From an uncultured Candidatus Saccharibacteria bacterium (GTDB lineage: Bacteria > Patescibacteriota > Minisyncoccia > UBA6257 > 1-14-0-10-44-23): a stretch of DNA of 64,000 bases. The stretch is from contig CAZXKC010000001.1 of the NCBI GenBank assembly GCA_964641225.1, forward strand, positions 131,602-195,601, given 5' to 3'. Numbering within the stretch: position 1 is the first letter of the stretch; each line of letters starts with the position of its first letter. Of the stretch, positions 30,329 through 40,009 are shown piece after piece. Made by a program: the position numbers and the translations under genes. Under the pieces are notes generated by a model, which was not told where the DNA came from, made no database searches, and saw only the letters and a program-made list of their open reading frames with translations.

Positions 30329-31483
30329 ATGTTTCACTTTTCATCACGAGAGGGATTTTACGGATTTGCACTTGTGCTTGGCACTATTGCGGCGCTTCAG
30401 CTTGGATCATCGGCGCACGATTTGGCGGCTGCGATTCCGCAGCAACGCGTGTATGCGGCATTAGTCAGCGAGGTGATGCAGCCGACCGCTGCACCGGTTA
30501 AGCCTGTTAATTTTTTGCCGGATAATTCAGCCTCACTGGTTGCCTCACCGGCACCAGTTGTAATTTCGTTTACCAGTGATGGCGACGAGCGATACGAGGT
30601 TGTCGGAGCTAAGAAGACGAGTAACGTAAAAAAAGATGACCTGGTTGCTGTGATGAATCCGATTGCTGGTTGGGCGCCCGCTCCGGCCGGAGCCTCATGG
30701 ATAACGTATGGAACTGGGGCTACTGGCATAAAAATAGGTTCTGTAATTCGGTTTACCGAACAGGTTGCACTTTCGCAGCGGATGGTAACGGGAATGATCG
30801 GCGTGTTTACGAGCGCGCCAATTACTGTGGCCGTCGATGGTAAGCAGATATATACGGGCGCTACTGACGCTGATGCGTTGTCGCGCACTCCTGCGCTCAT
30901 CACGCTCCCAAATTTAGCCGCCGGTACTCACACGATTACCTTTGATCTGACTCAGGGCGATATGCTTGAGGATGATGGGCTAGCTCTGGCCTATACCGGC
31001 TACCTTATGGCGAGTCCTCGGGCACATACACAAAAAGTTCCGGGCGGCAGTTCAGATGTAAAACTTGGTACGCTGGCATATTTGAGCAGCGGTACGGCTC
31101 AGTCGCTTCGCTACCTGAAAGTGAGTTTGACTAGTGATCCGTTACTGACATCTGACGAGCTGGTGCATGTGCGACTTATCGATGAAGTAAGTGGAAAGAG
31201 CATCAGCGACGCGCCGTCGTGTACCTCATCTAACAAACGAATTGTTTGTATGTTCGGGAGTCAGCAGCAGCCGCTCGACTATGCACTGACGTCTACGCCG
31301 TTTGGTTCAGTCAGAATGTTTTCATTGTTTGCCGACCTACCACACGTTGATACAGCGACCTCGTTACAGGTTGCGTTTGAGCCTGGTCTGGAAAATATCC
31401 GCAGCGTAGGGGAGGCGGCGACTAGTGATTTACGCTGGAGTACGCCGGCGACACCTGGTTTTTCGTTGATCATTGCGGAGTAG
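30329..31483 (+). CDS. hypothetical secreted protein (N-terminal signal peptide)
   Basis: ORF, hydrophobic N-terminus; terminator hairpin 31517-31547. Confidence 0.5.
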   Translation: MFHFSSREGFYGFALVLGTIAALQLGSSAHDLAAAIPQQRVYAALVSEVMQPTAAPVKPVNFLPDNSASLVASPAPVVISFTSDGDERYEVVGAKKTSNVKKDDLVAVMNPIAGWAPAPAGASWITYGTGATGIKIGSVIRFTEQVALSQRMVTGMIGVFTSAPITVAVDGKQIYTGATDADALSRTPALITLPNLAAGTHTITFDLTQGDMLEDDGLALAYTGYLMASPRAHTQKVPGGSSDVKLGTLAYLSSGTAQSLRYLKVSLTSDPLLTSDELVHVRLIDEVSGKSISDAPSCTSSNKRIVCMFGSQQQPLDYALTSTPFGSVRMFSLFADLPHVDTATSLQVAFEPGLENIRSVGEAATSDLRWSTPATPGFSLIIAE

Positions 31484-31710
31484 TAAATTCAGGATTTTCA
31501 GCTTGCTCCGTACAACAAAAAATTCCGCCTTTCAGCGGAATTTTTTGGTACTACTGTAAGCCCGTCGCGCTATGCGCGAATCGGGGCGGGCTTGTCGCGA
31601 GAGGGTGTTGCTCCGCAACATTTTAGTTCGCCGTCACACTGTGACGGCCTGTGATAAACGGGAACCCGTTCTTCCTCCGTTCAACATAAAAAACGCCTTG
31701 CGGCGTTTTT

Positions 31711-32065
31711 TATGGTACTTCGTAAACGGGATTCTGTTGGCACGATTACTCGTGCTGATAATGATTTGTCTAGGATCGCAATTGCTCGCGACCTCAAGCG
31801 GTACTTCTGTCTTGCGACAGACACGACCTTGCACCCCGTAAGGATTTAGCCGTTTCACTTCCACCTTGTGTCCCTATAGTGGAATTAGACCTTCTAGCTT
31901 GGGATAGGGTCTTCCGGAACCTTTCGGACCGGACGTCACTGCTCGCACCTCTACTTTTCAGTTGGTGGTTGTTAACCACTACGTTTGCTCTTTCGAGCGG
32001 GAGTCCCGATTTTCCTCACCGTTTCTGACGGCGTAATTATCTGAGTACGGAGTATTTATACCATA
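31711..32065 (-). ncRNA. rnpB: RNase P RNA (bacterial type, compact)
   Basis: minus-strand GAGGAAAATCGGGACUCC (P4 5' strand), CUUGAGGUCGCGAGCAAUUGCGAUCCUAGACAAAU and ACAGAAUCCCGUUUACG (P4 3' strand) match conserved bacterial M1 RNA blocks; P1 tatggta/taccata; 3' intrinsic terminator 31687-31711. Confidence 0.7.
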
Positions 32066-32208
32066 TATAGCAGGGAAGTGGCAAATTTTTACTGTGACAT
32101 ACAAACGCAACTGTGTTGCATCTATAAATATATGTTTTGTGCACAAATGTCAATAAATGGCTTTAAAACGTTGTTTTTAGGTGGTTATTTGACAAATTTT
32201 ATAATCTA

Positions 32209-32237
32209 TTGACAAGTTAGTCGTCTTATGCTAGAGT
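32209..32237 (+). promoter_or_regulatory. promoter TTGACA-N17-TAGAGT for cassette E
   Basis: hexamers read at 32209-32214 and 32232-32237. Confidence 0.4.
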
Positions 32238-32347
32238 ACATGCGTTCCCAGCTTGACCTATGTGGGTTAGGTGGAGAAGGTAGATAACGCTTTAATAGGG
32301 CAAAATAAGCGTTATCGAAAGAGCCATTTGCCTGGAGGACCGCTGCT

Positions 32348-33217
32348 ATGCGGATCCATTCGTTCATTCCCAAGATGTTCGTCGGAATCATCGTCGCGCT
32401 CGGCGTGGCCCTCTGCATCAGCTTCACGCCGGCGCAGGCGGGCCAGAACAACCGGCGGATCACCGGCACCGTCACCATCCGCGCCCAGGCCGATTCGGTC
32501 GGGGAGGTGGATGGGCGGTACCGGCTCCGCTTCGGCAGGGTCGAGACGCGCAACGATCAGGAGCCGCACTGGGGGAAGAGCAACTTCCGCATCAGGGGTT
32601 CCAACGTGATCAAGAAGGTCTTCCGTGCGACGGGTCTGTTCGGGCTTCGGCTCGACAGCGTCAACCCGGAGACCAGGGTCGCGACGGAGTTCTACCAGAA
32701 CAACGACTTCGAGCTCAGGCGTGGCCTGCGCAACGACGTCGTGGTGGATCTCGTGCCCGACGACGGCACGACCAATCCGCCGCCGACTGGTACGTTCACC
32801 AGCGGGTTTCACATCAACAACGTGAACCTCGCGGCGATCTACTTCGTCCGGCTCACGAAGAATGTGACCGGCGGAGAAAGCGTGACCTACGCGATGCGTC
32901 CGGCCAGCAATCCCGGGTCGCCCACGGAATTCGATCCGGTCACCGCCGGAGAGGCCGCCGAGATCACCCCGCTGATCTTCGGACCGGGCGGGTGGGTGCC
33001 GGTGTCGACGGCAACGTCGTACAACATCGACCTGCTCGCGCAGGACGGCCTGGCGGTCATCAAGTCGCTGCCCAATCAGTCGTTCGTCCCCGGACAGGTG
33101 ACGACGATCGGCGCGGCCAGTGCCTCGAAGATGTTCGTTCGTCGTGCCCCGATGGTCATCGTGGACGGCGTCGTCATCAATCCGAAGACGGTCTCGGTCG
33201 GCGTGGTTCAGCCGTAA
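32348..33217 (+). CDS. hypothetical secreted protein (289 aa), GC-rich cassette E
   Basis: signal peptide MRIHSFIPKMFVGIIVALGVALCISFTPAQA; RBS GGAGG; hairpin terminator 33239-33266. Confidence 0.55.
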   Translation: MRIHSFIPKMFVGIIVALGVALCISFTPAQAGQNNRRITGTVTIRAQADSVGEVDGRYRLRFGRVETRNDQEPHWGKSNFRIRGSNVIKKVFRATGLFGLRLDSVNPETRVATEFYQNNDFELRRGLRNDVVVDLVPDDGTTNPPPTGTFTSGFHINNVNLAAIYFVRLTKNVTGGESVTYAMRPASNPGSPTEFDPVTAGEAAEITPLIFGPGGWVPVSTATSYNIDLLAQDGLAVIKSLPNQSFVPGQVTTIGAASASKMFVRRAPMVIVDGVVINPKTVSVGVVQP

Positions 33218-33292
33218 CCGAGAACATGTAGCACCGAACCTGGCACCTCCGAAAGGGGGTGCCAGGCAAGGAACTTCTTTCTCTGTACATAC

Positions 33293-33321
33293 TTGACAAA
33301 ATACAATTTCTTTACTATAAT
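33293..33321 (+). promoter_or_regulatory. promoter TTGACA-N17-TATAAT for surface protein 1
   Basis: 33293-33298 and 33316-33321. Confidence 0.5.
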
Positions 33322-33356
33322 ATAAATCAGTAAAAATCGTTAATTGCTTACGCAGT

Positions 33357-35348
33357 ATGAATAAAAAAATCAACATAATTCTTCTTTCTGTAACGCTTGT
33401 TGCTTCAAGCGTGTTTTTTGTTCCGACTGCATCGGCTGTTAGCGTTGGTGTCCCGAGTTCATATAGCTCAGTTGGTACTCCAGTTTCTGGCGGCGTCTCA
33501 GTGGGTAGTCCTTCAGGATACACGGCGTCAGTTGGTTCTGTTGTGCAGAGCTCAGCATCATATGGTGTGCCTTCTCAGTATGGAGGTGTGTCTATCGGTA
33601 GTCCGTCAGCATATGGTTCATCGGTAGGTGTACCTACATATTCAACCTCCTATGGAGTTCCGTCGCAGACCGGCGGTATTTCAGTTGGTGCTCCAGCAGG
33701 TAGCGTCTCTTCGGTTGGTATGCCGGTTCGTTCGACCTCATATGGCGTACCCTCAAATTATGGCGGCGTTTCAATTGGTTCACCGACCACGTATGGTTCG
33801 GTTGGTGTACCTGTGTATGGTAGTTCTATTGGTGTGCCGTATTCCGGTGGTGTCTCTGTTGGTGTGCCGGCTGGTCCACGTCCCTCAACCGGAGTTCCGG
33901 TTTCAAGTGGTTCTATTGGCGTGCCAATTTCCGGCGGCGGTGTCTCCGTTGGCGTTCCAAGCGGTTCGCATGTTTCAACTGGCGTACCTGTACATGGCGG
34001 CACCTCAATCGGTACGCCGATTTCTGGTGGCGTATCAGTCGGTGTTCCAGTAACAGGCGGTACCTCTGTTGGTGTTCCTGCCAGCGGTGGAACCTCGGTT
34101 GGTACTCCGGTAGCGACCGGCTGTCCGTCTGGCTATGTCTTTAATATTACGACGCAGAGCTGTAAACAAAATGTCTCAACTGGTGTCCCGGCTTCAACAA
34201 GCTGCCCGACCGGCTACGTGTTTAGTGTTTCTACGCAGAGCTGCGTGCAATCAACCTCAGCCGGAGTTCCGGTTAGCTTGAGCTGTCCGTCAGGCTACTT
34301 CTATAGCGTCTCGCAGATGCAGTGTGTGGCATATTCAAATCAGTGTCCGGCCGGCTACACGCTTTCAAATGGCGTGTGTGTTCCAAACTCAAACAACCAG
34401 TGCCCGAGCGGGTATTATTTTGATACCACGACAAACACCTGCCGTCCGAACGTTGTAAATCCGCCGATTAACAATTACTGTCCGTCCGGATATTATTACA
34501 ACACCGCGGCCAATGCCTGTTACCCGAACACCTCGTATTACCCGAACTACAACAGTTGTGGTAGCGGTTATTATTACAACACGCAGAGCAACAGTTGTTA
34601 TCCAAACAATTACGGAGGCGGTTGCAGCATCAACTGCGGTTATCCATACAGCAACAATTATTCCTACGGATACAACTACGGCTATAACTCTGGTTATTAC
34701 CAGCAGCCGACTGCATATTACACAGTTCCAAACACATATTATCCGTCACAGCCGCAGGTGACTATAACGCAGCCGCAGGTTGTGATTCAGCAGCCGAGCG
34801 TCTCTGTGACGCGTCCGGTTACGCCGGCTCCGGTTGCGCCTTCAACCAACGTGGTTGTTGCCAGCGCGAACATCTTGGATCTCTACAATATTTCAATTCG
34901 TACCGACCAGGACGGCAACACGATCGTTGCCTGGGATAACAATGTGCCGACGATCGGCGAGGTTGTCTTTGGTCTAAACAGCCAGCCCGTTGATGGACTT
35001 GCGCAGTACAGTTATGACTTTACGACTGGTCCAATCGGTCCGCTGAATGCGCACCACGAGGTTAACCTGGGTCGCCTTGAGTTAAACCGTCCGTACTATA
35101 TGCGTATTGTCTCGCGCTCAGAGAACGTCCTCCGGGGCGGGCAAGCAAGCCATGTCTCGTCAGAAATGGTCTATATTCCGGTTCCGGGTAAGCACGTTAC
35201 GCCGAACACGGATCAATCAACGCTTGCGCAATCATACAGTCTGCTTGATTCAGTTGGTCTGCGCGGCGCGATCTTGATCTTGCTTGTTATTGCGTTGATC
35301 GTGCTCGTATATATTGTTGCTAAGCGTCGGGCCGCGTACTATTCGTAA
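33357..35348 (+). CDS. cell-surface protein 1: signal peptide, ~220 aa of S/G-V-G-V-P heptad-like repeats, eight CPxGY...C cysteine repeats, FN3-like domain, C-terminal TM anchor
   Basis: direct reading of repeats; C-terminal LILLVIALIVLVYIVAKRR anchor. Confidence 0.7.
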   Translation: MNKKINIILLSVTLVASSVFFVPTASAVSVGVPSSYSSVGTPVSGGVSVGSPSGYTASVGSVVQSSASYGVPSQYGGVSIGSPSAYGSSVGVPTYSTSYGVPSQTGGISVGAPAGSVSSVGMPVRSTSYGVPSNYGGVSIGSPTTYGSVGVPVYGSSIGVPYSGGVSVGVPAGPRPSTGVPVSSGSIGVPISGGGVSVGVPSGSHVSTGVPVHGGTSIGTPISGGVSVGVPVTGGTSVGVPASGGTSVGTPVATGCPSGYVFNITTQSCKQNVSTGVPASTSCPTGYVFSVSTQSCVQSTSAGVPVSLSCPSGYFYSVSQMQCVAYSNQCPAGYTLSNGVCVPNSNNQCPSGYYFDTTTNTCRPNVVNPPINNYCPSGYYYNTAANACYPNTSYYPNYNSCGSGYYYNTQSNSCYPNNYGGGCSINCGYPYSNNYSYGYNYGYNSGYYQQPTAYYTVPNTYYPSQPQVTITQPQVVIQQPSVSVTRPVTPAPVAPSTNVVVASANILDLYNISIRTDQDGNTIVAWDNNVPTIGEVVFGLNSQPVDGLAQYSYDFTTGPIGPLNAHHEVNLGRLELNRPYYMRIVSRSENVLRGGQASHVSSEMVYIPVPGKHVTPNTDQSTLAQSYSLLDSVGLRGAILILLVIALIVLVYIVAKRRAAYYS

Positions 35349-35378
35349 GAAACATAATCAAGAAATACACACAATAGT

Positions 35379-37304
35379 ATGAAAAAAATATTCATCGCAA
35401 TCTCAACGCTCGTGCTGGCTACTCTGACGCTTGCTCCGGTTTCTGCGCAGCAAATACAATATATTGGTTACAACGTCAGCCCGGTGTGGGATACCGCAAA
35501 CAACACGACAAACAATTTTTCTGTTGTGCAGGGCCAAACCCTGAACGTGATTGTTGGTGCGACTGACAATAATGGTGACGTGCTGACCTATGCAGCCGTT
35601 CGTCTGCCTGATAACGCCTCGTTTAATGGTTCAACGCGTGTGCTGACCTTTAGTCCAAGCTTTAATCAGCTGGGTAGTTTTCCGGTGTTACTTTCGGTGA
35701 CCGACAACAAGAGTCAGCCGGTGACCAAAACATTTTATGTGAATGTGATGAGCGGCAGCACGTACTACCGTCCGTCGAGTTTGTATCCGGATGATTATTA
35801 TGTAAACGATGCGCCGTATTTTACGGCTACACAGTCCTACTACACAGTCAATTCGCATGAGGTGTTGACGTTCCAAGTTCGTGCAACTGATCCTGATTCT
35901 GATCCGGTTCGGTATGCTGCAACCGGGCTGCCGAGTGGCGCGGTATTTAATAGCGTAACCGGTCAGTTTTCGTGGACGCCGGCAACCGGTCAGCGAGGTG
36001 TGTACAGTGTTGTATTTTCTGCAAACGATGGTCGCGCAACCAGCTCGCCGTTTACGGTTACGATCGTTGTTGACGGGGGAATTATCCGCAGCGTGATTAA
36101 CGACGTAAACGGTGTCAATATCGCTACGTATACTGCTGGTGCGTATAACGTCTACGGCAATTCACCAAGTACCTCATCGATCCAGCCATATTTTACAACC
36201 ACGCCGACCACCTCGGTCTACCCGGGTCAGACCTTCTTGTATGATGCACGCGCAGTAGCTGCAAACGGAGGAGCTGTTGTATACACAAGTTCGCTTGGTC
36301 AGTCTGGTAGTTTTATTAACGCCTCGACCGGCCGAGTTTCGTGGGTTGTGCCTTCTACGGCTCGTAGTGGCCAGCAGTACCAATTTATTCTTGTTGCAAC
36401 TGATGCAAGCGGCCGCTCTGCAACACAAGGCTTTACGCTTACAGTAGCTGGTTTTACGACTGCGGCTCCTGCTACGTATACCTACGCCCAGCCTGCACAG
36501 AAATCTACGATTGCTGCTGCGCCGACATTTACTGCGGCTGTCCCTGTAACGTATGCGGCGGCGGTGCCGACCTATTCTGGTAATTATGCGATGTATTATC
36601 CTGGCGAGACCGTGCTTATTAATACGGGTCGTACAATCCCGACGTTGCCGATTACCGCTGCAGCGTATGGTACGAATTATGCAGCTAACATATACGACAC
36701 GATGGGGCAGAATGCGCTGCACGCCTTTAACGTTGCAGTTCGTACGAGCGACAAGGGAGACATGATTGTCAGTTGGGACACCAATCGTCAGACAAAAGCT
36801 GAGGTTGTGTATGGCTACACCTCGCACGCTCGTTCTGATGCCTGGAACATGATTCTTAACTACGATTTTACGACCGGTGAGATGAATACGATCTCGACCA
36901 AGCACGAGATCAGTCTTGGCAAATTGCAAATTGGTCGCACGTATTACATGCGCGCGATTTCGCGCGATAGTTCGCAGACCGATATCAGCCGTGAAATTGT
37001 ATTTATTCCGATGGATGCCGGTCAGCCGGTACCGCAATATGAGGGAGCGGCCTCGGCACTTTCAACTACGGGTAATTTTCTAACCTCAGGAATATTTCTC
37101 GGACTTCTTGGGTTAATCGTGCTGGCTCTTATCGTGTATGTTTCATATCTGAGCATGCTTGCCTCGCGCCGTAACTATGAATTAGCCGCGGTGCCGGAGT
37201 TGCATATCGATGATCACGCGGCTGACGCTGCTCACGGACACGTTCATGATGCTGCGCATGGAAATGGCGGCGCGACAAACGGTAACGGAGTTGCGCATCA
37301 TTAA
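35379..37304 (+). CDS. cell-surface protein 2: signal peptide, several putative Ig-like (He_PIG-like) domains, FN3-like domain, C-terminal TM anchor, His-rich cytoplasmic tail
   Basis: motifs ATGLPSGAVFNSVTGQFSWTP; shared C-terminal module with neighbours. Confidence 0.7.
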   Translation: MKKIFIAISTLVLATLTLAPVSAQQIQYIGYNVSPVWDTANNTTNNFSVVQGQTLNVIVGATDNNGDVLTYAAVRLPDNASFNGSTRVLTFSPSFNQLGSFPVLLSVTDNKSQPVTKTFYVNVMSGSTYYRPSSLYPDDYYVNDAPYFTATQSYYTVNSHEVLTFQVRATDPDSDPVRYAATGLPSGAVFNSVTGQFSWTPATGQRGVYSVVFSANDGRATSSPFTVTIVVDGGIIRSVINDVNGVNIATYTAGAYNVYGNSPSTSSIQPYFTTTPTTSVYPGQTFLYDARAVAANGGAVVYTSSLGQSGSFINASTGRVSWVVPSTARSGQQYQFILVATDASGRSATQGFTLTVAGFTTAAPATYTYAQPAQKSTIAAAPTFTAAVPVTYAAAVPTYSGNYAMYYPGETVLINTGRTIPTLPITAAAYGTNYAANIYDTMGQNALHAFNVAVRTSDKGDMIVSWDTNRQTKAEVVYGYTSHARSDAWNMILNYDFTTGEMNTISTKHEISLGKLQIGRTYYMRAISRDSSQTDISREIVFIPMDAGQPVPQYEGAASALSTTGNFLTSGIFLGLLGLIVLALIVYVSYLSMLASRRNYELAAVPELHIDDHAADAAHGHVHDAAHGNGGATNGNGVAHH

Positions 37305-37421
37305 TTTAGCCCATCGGAGAGATTCCAATGCAATACAAAAACTGCCCTCACGGGCAGTTTTTGTTTGGAAATGGGTGGCGGGACCAGAGGAGCTGGTCCC
37401 GCGCGGCGCTAGGGGAGAAAT

Positions 37422-37619
37422 TCAGTCGACGATGAGTTTTCCGGTGGCGTCGTACCTGCGTTCGGGTTGCGTGAGTGCGCCCCACATCAAGAAGCAAATT
37501 CGATCTACGCCATGAACTCCCATCGGCATAGTTCGAGCCGGCGGCGCACTCTCCCGGGTGCCTCCGCAGGCATTTTCGTGGTCTTTTTCGCAACTGCTTT
37601 TCCCAACCAACTCTTCCAT
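37422..37619 (-). CDS. hypothetical small protein (65 aa), GC-rich cassette F
   Basis: RBS GGAGG 5 nt before ATG; two hairpins downstream (37379-37400, 37337-37363). Confidence 0.3.
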   Translation of the reverse strand: MEELVGKSSCEKDHENACGGTRESAPPARTMPMGVHGVDRICFLMWGALTQPERRYDATGKLIVD

Positions 37620-37722
37620 CGGCACCTCCGATCAGAGCCCAAATATATCTAAATAATAGTAGCATGCGGTTGTGGCGTAACAGTGGAAAACTCTGCAAAA
37701 TAGGGCTATTAAGGCAGGGTAC

Positions 37723-37751
37723 TTGACAAAATTAATAAAGGGTGCTATAAT
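37723..37751 (+). promoter_or_regulatory. promoter TTGACA-N17-TATAAT for surface protein 3
   Basis: 37723-37728 and 37746-37751; GGTGCTATAATG shared with 1201-1212. Confidence 0.5.
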
Positions 37752-37759
37752 GTACTTAT

Positions 37760-39001
37760 ATGAAAAACTATACAGGTTTTAAGCCTTTTATAGCGATTTC
37801 CGTAGTATTTATGGCCTTTTCTGCCGTTTCAGCCGCCTCAGCCGCGGTCTATTATGATCAGCTTGGCCAGGCGCACTATTATGATACCTACGAGGTTCCG
37901 TGTGGTCAGTATTACCCGCCGGCTCCATGTACGAGCTCTAATTATGGCTATAACACCAGCGTTGCGTATGGCTATCAGTCTGGCTACAGTACAACGGGCG
38001 CCTCTTCGTATAACGCGCGCGGTAATCGTCAGCCGGTGATTTTTTCTGCGCCGGTGCGCGAGGCTATTGATGGCCATTCCTATGTTGCCGGTATTAATGC
38101 CTCAGATCCGGATCACGATCAGATTACGTATGCGCTGGTTTCTGGTCCGTCTGGTATGTATATTGATTCAAATACCGGATTGCTTCATTGGAATTCAACG
38201 TCAGGAAAATCTGGTAAGAGTTTCCCGGTAACGGTAAGTGCGACCGACGGTCGTTCTGCGCCGGTTACGCAGAGCTTTACGTTGAGCGTTCGTAGTTATG
38301 GCGGCGGTTCTTCAAGTAATAGCTCGGGTAGTTCAAGTTACACCGGTTCAATTTTTGGTAGCTTGTTTGGCAGTAAAACACCTAAAGGTATCGTGATTAG
38401 CAACGTCAATGTTGTTTCCGGTCCAAAGGATATTAACGATACGACTGAACAAAATTGTAACGTGTATGTTTCGTGGAGCACGAATGTTGCTACAGCCGGA
38501 CAGGTTGTGTATGGTCCGACCTCGCAGCAGTCACTTGAAAATTATTCCTATCCGCAGAGTGCACCAGAGGGTAATGCGTATGCTAAAGAACACCAGGTAA
38601 AGCTCGGTTGTTTGGGAAACGCCACTGCGTTTTTCCGTATCGTGGCTTTCTCATCAACTGATCGAGTTGCTTCAAGTGAGTACACTATTTTCCCGATTAA
38701 GATTGCAACTCAGATTCCGGGTTCGGTTAGTTATGCAGGAAATATTGCTGCGGTTACTGAATCATCGGGCTCATCAATCTGGGGTCAGATTCTGAAATTT
38801 ATCTTCCACCCGGTGGTGATTATCGTGCTTTTGATCGCCGGTATTTGGTACGCCGTGCTGCGCGTTCTGGGGCGTCTTAACTCCAAGGCGGCGCGTCATA
38901 AGGAGGCTCAGGCTGCTGCAGCCGCAACTCACTCTGCGCCAGTAGCTACGAACGGTCACGCGACTTCGCACGAGATTCCAATGCTTTCAGTTCCTCATTA
39001 A
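37760..39001 (+). CDS. cell-surface protein 3: signal peptide, Tyr-rich region, one He_PIG-like domain, Gly/Ser linker, FN3-like domain, C-terminal TM anchor
   Basis: paralogous C-terminal module; ITYALVSGPSGMYIDSNTGLLHW motif. Confidence 0.7.
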   Translation: MKNYTGFKPFIAISVVFMAFSAVSAASAAVYYDQLGQAHYYDTYEVPCGQYYPPAPCTSSNYGYNTSVAYGYQSGYSTTGASSYNARGNRQPVIFSAPVREAIDGHSYVAGINASDPDHDQITYALVSGPSGMYIDSNTGLLHWNSTSGKSGKSFPVTVSATDGRSAPVTQSFTLSVRSYGGGSSSNSSGSSSYTGSIFGSLFGSKTPKGIVISNVNVVSGPKDINDTTEQNCNVYVSWSTNVATAGQVVYGPTSQQSLENYSYPQSAPEGNAYAKEHQVKLGCLGNATAFFRIVAFSSTDRVASSEYTIFPIKIATQIPGSVSYAGNIAAVTESSGSSIWGQILKFIFHPVVIIVLLIAGIWYAVLRVLGRLNSKAARHKEAQAAAAATHSAPVATNGHATSHEIPMLSVPH

Positions 39002-39012
39002 GATTGATTAAA

Positions 39013-39071
39013 GAAATGCACCGGGCCGCCAGCCCGCCTTAGACGGGCAAGCTGGCGGCCCGGTGCATTTC
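39013..39071. terminator. 21-bp perfect GC-rich hairpin (gaaatgcaccgggccgccagc / gctggcggcccggtgcatttc)
   Basis: read directly; after surface protein 3 stop. Confidence 0.5.
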
Positions 39072-39097
39072 TCCCTCAAACGCGCTACTCTACTACC

Positions 39098-39877
39098 ATG
39101 GAAACAAAGCCCGAAGAAAAAAAATCAAAGTATCCGATGCGGATCAACAAGTATATTGCCGAGCAGGGGTATACGACGCGTCGCGGTGCCGATGAACTAA
39201 TTGCCGCCGGCAAGGTGTATATCAACGGCCGCATGGCCGTCCTTGGCGACAAGGTTTCTTTTGGCGAGCAAGTTGAGGTAAATACTAAAGCCGTTAAAGA
39301 GCATCAGAAAAGCTACGTGTATTTTGCATATAACAAACCGATAGGAATTGTGACTCACGGCCCGCCCGCAACGCCCGCAAGCGTGCTTGCGTGGCGGGCG
39401 GGAGCGCAACCGAAAGAAGATATATCGATTGCTGACGTTATCGATATTAAAAATGTCAGTCCAATTGGGAGGCTTGATAAAGAATCACATGGGCTTATTC
39501 TGCTTACGAACGATGGGCGCGTGACGGAGCGACTTTTGTCGCCAGAATTTGACCACCAAAAAGAGTATGCCGTAAAAACTGCAAAGCAGATTAAGCAGAG
39601 CCAGATTAGTTGGCTTGCCCGAGGCGTAAAACTGGAAGACGGCTACATCACCAAACCAGCCGAGGTATTTTTTGACGGCGATTATTCTTGTCGCATTGTT
39701 TTGACCGAAGGCAAAAAACATCAGATTCGCCGTATGATTACCGCTGTGGGCAATGAGGTCAAGGATCTGAAACGCATCCGGATTATGAATATTGAGCTGG
39801 GTGATTTGAAGAGTGGCCAAACGCGCCAGATTACGGGCAAAGAACTCAAAGATTTTTTGAAGGGGATCGGGCTGTAA
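39098..39877 (+). CDS. pseudouridine synthase, RsuA/RluB family (S4 domain plus catalytic domain)
   Basis: S4-like N-terminus, GRLDKESHGLILLTNDG catalytic Asp motif, KKHQIRRM. Confidence 0.8.
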   Translation: METKPEEKKSKYPMRINKYIAEQGYTTRRGADELIAAGKVYINGRMAVLGDKVSFGEQVEVNTKAVKEHQKSYVYFAYNKPIGIVTHGPPATPASVLAWRAGAQPKEDISIADVIDIKNVSPIGRLDKESHGLILLTNDGRVTERLLSPEFDHQKEYAVKTAKQIKQSQISWLARGVKLEDGYITKPAEVFFDGDYSCRIVLTEGKKHQIRRMITAVGNEVKDLKRIRIMNIELGDLKSGQTRQITGKELKDFLKGIGL

Positions 39878-40009
39878 TTTTTGTTGACAAAATTCATATT
39901 TTAGAGCATTTTATACTTGGACCCTCGCGTGAGGAGCCCTGCCGCCTCGACAGGTTCGAGGCAGTACGGGCGCACTACGCGACCGTTCCTGAAACAGGAG
40001 GACAGCGCG

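Noticed and set aside
31711-32065. tmRNA (ssrA) as alternative identity of the structured RNA
   Set aside because: There is no tRNA-like 5'/3' pairing ending in CCA and no tag-peptide reading frame ending in a stop. The conserved blocks match RNase P P4 and flanking motifs instead.
32189-32205. TTGACA...TATAAT pair upstream of cassette E
   Set aside because: The spacer is only 5 nt. The adjacent TTGACA-N17-TAGAGT (32209-32237) is the usable promoter.
32312-33523. 403-aa minus-strand ORF
   Set aside because: Fully antisense to the GC-rich secreted-protein gene 32348..33217. It is open only because its first codon positions fall on the G/C-rich third positions of the sense gene. It also runs across a terminator and a promoter.
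33397-34053. plus-strand ORFs in alternative frames of surface protein 1
   Set aside because: Created by the tandem repeat structure; same strand, overlapping a better-supported frame.
36174-37037. 287-aa minus-strand Arg/Cys-rich ORF
   Set aside because: Antisense to surface protein 2; low-complexity translation typical of shadow ORFs.
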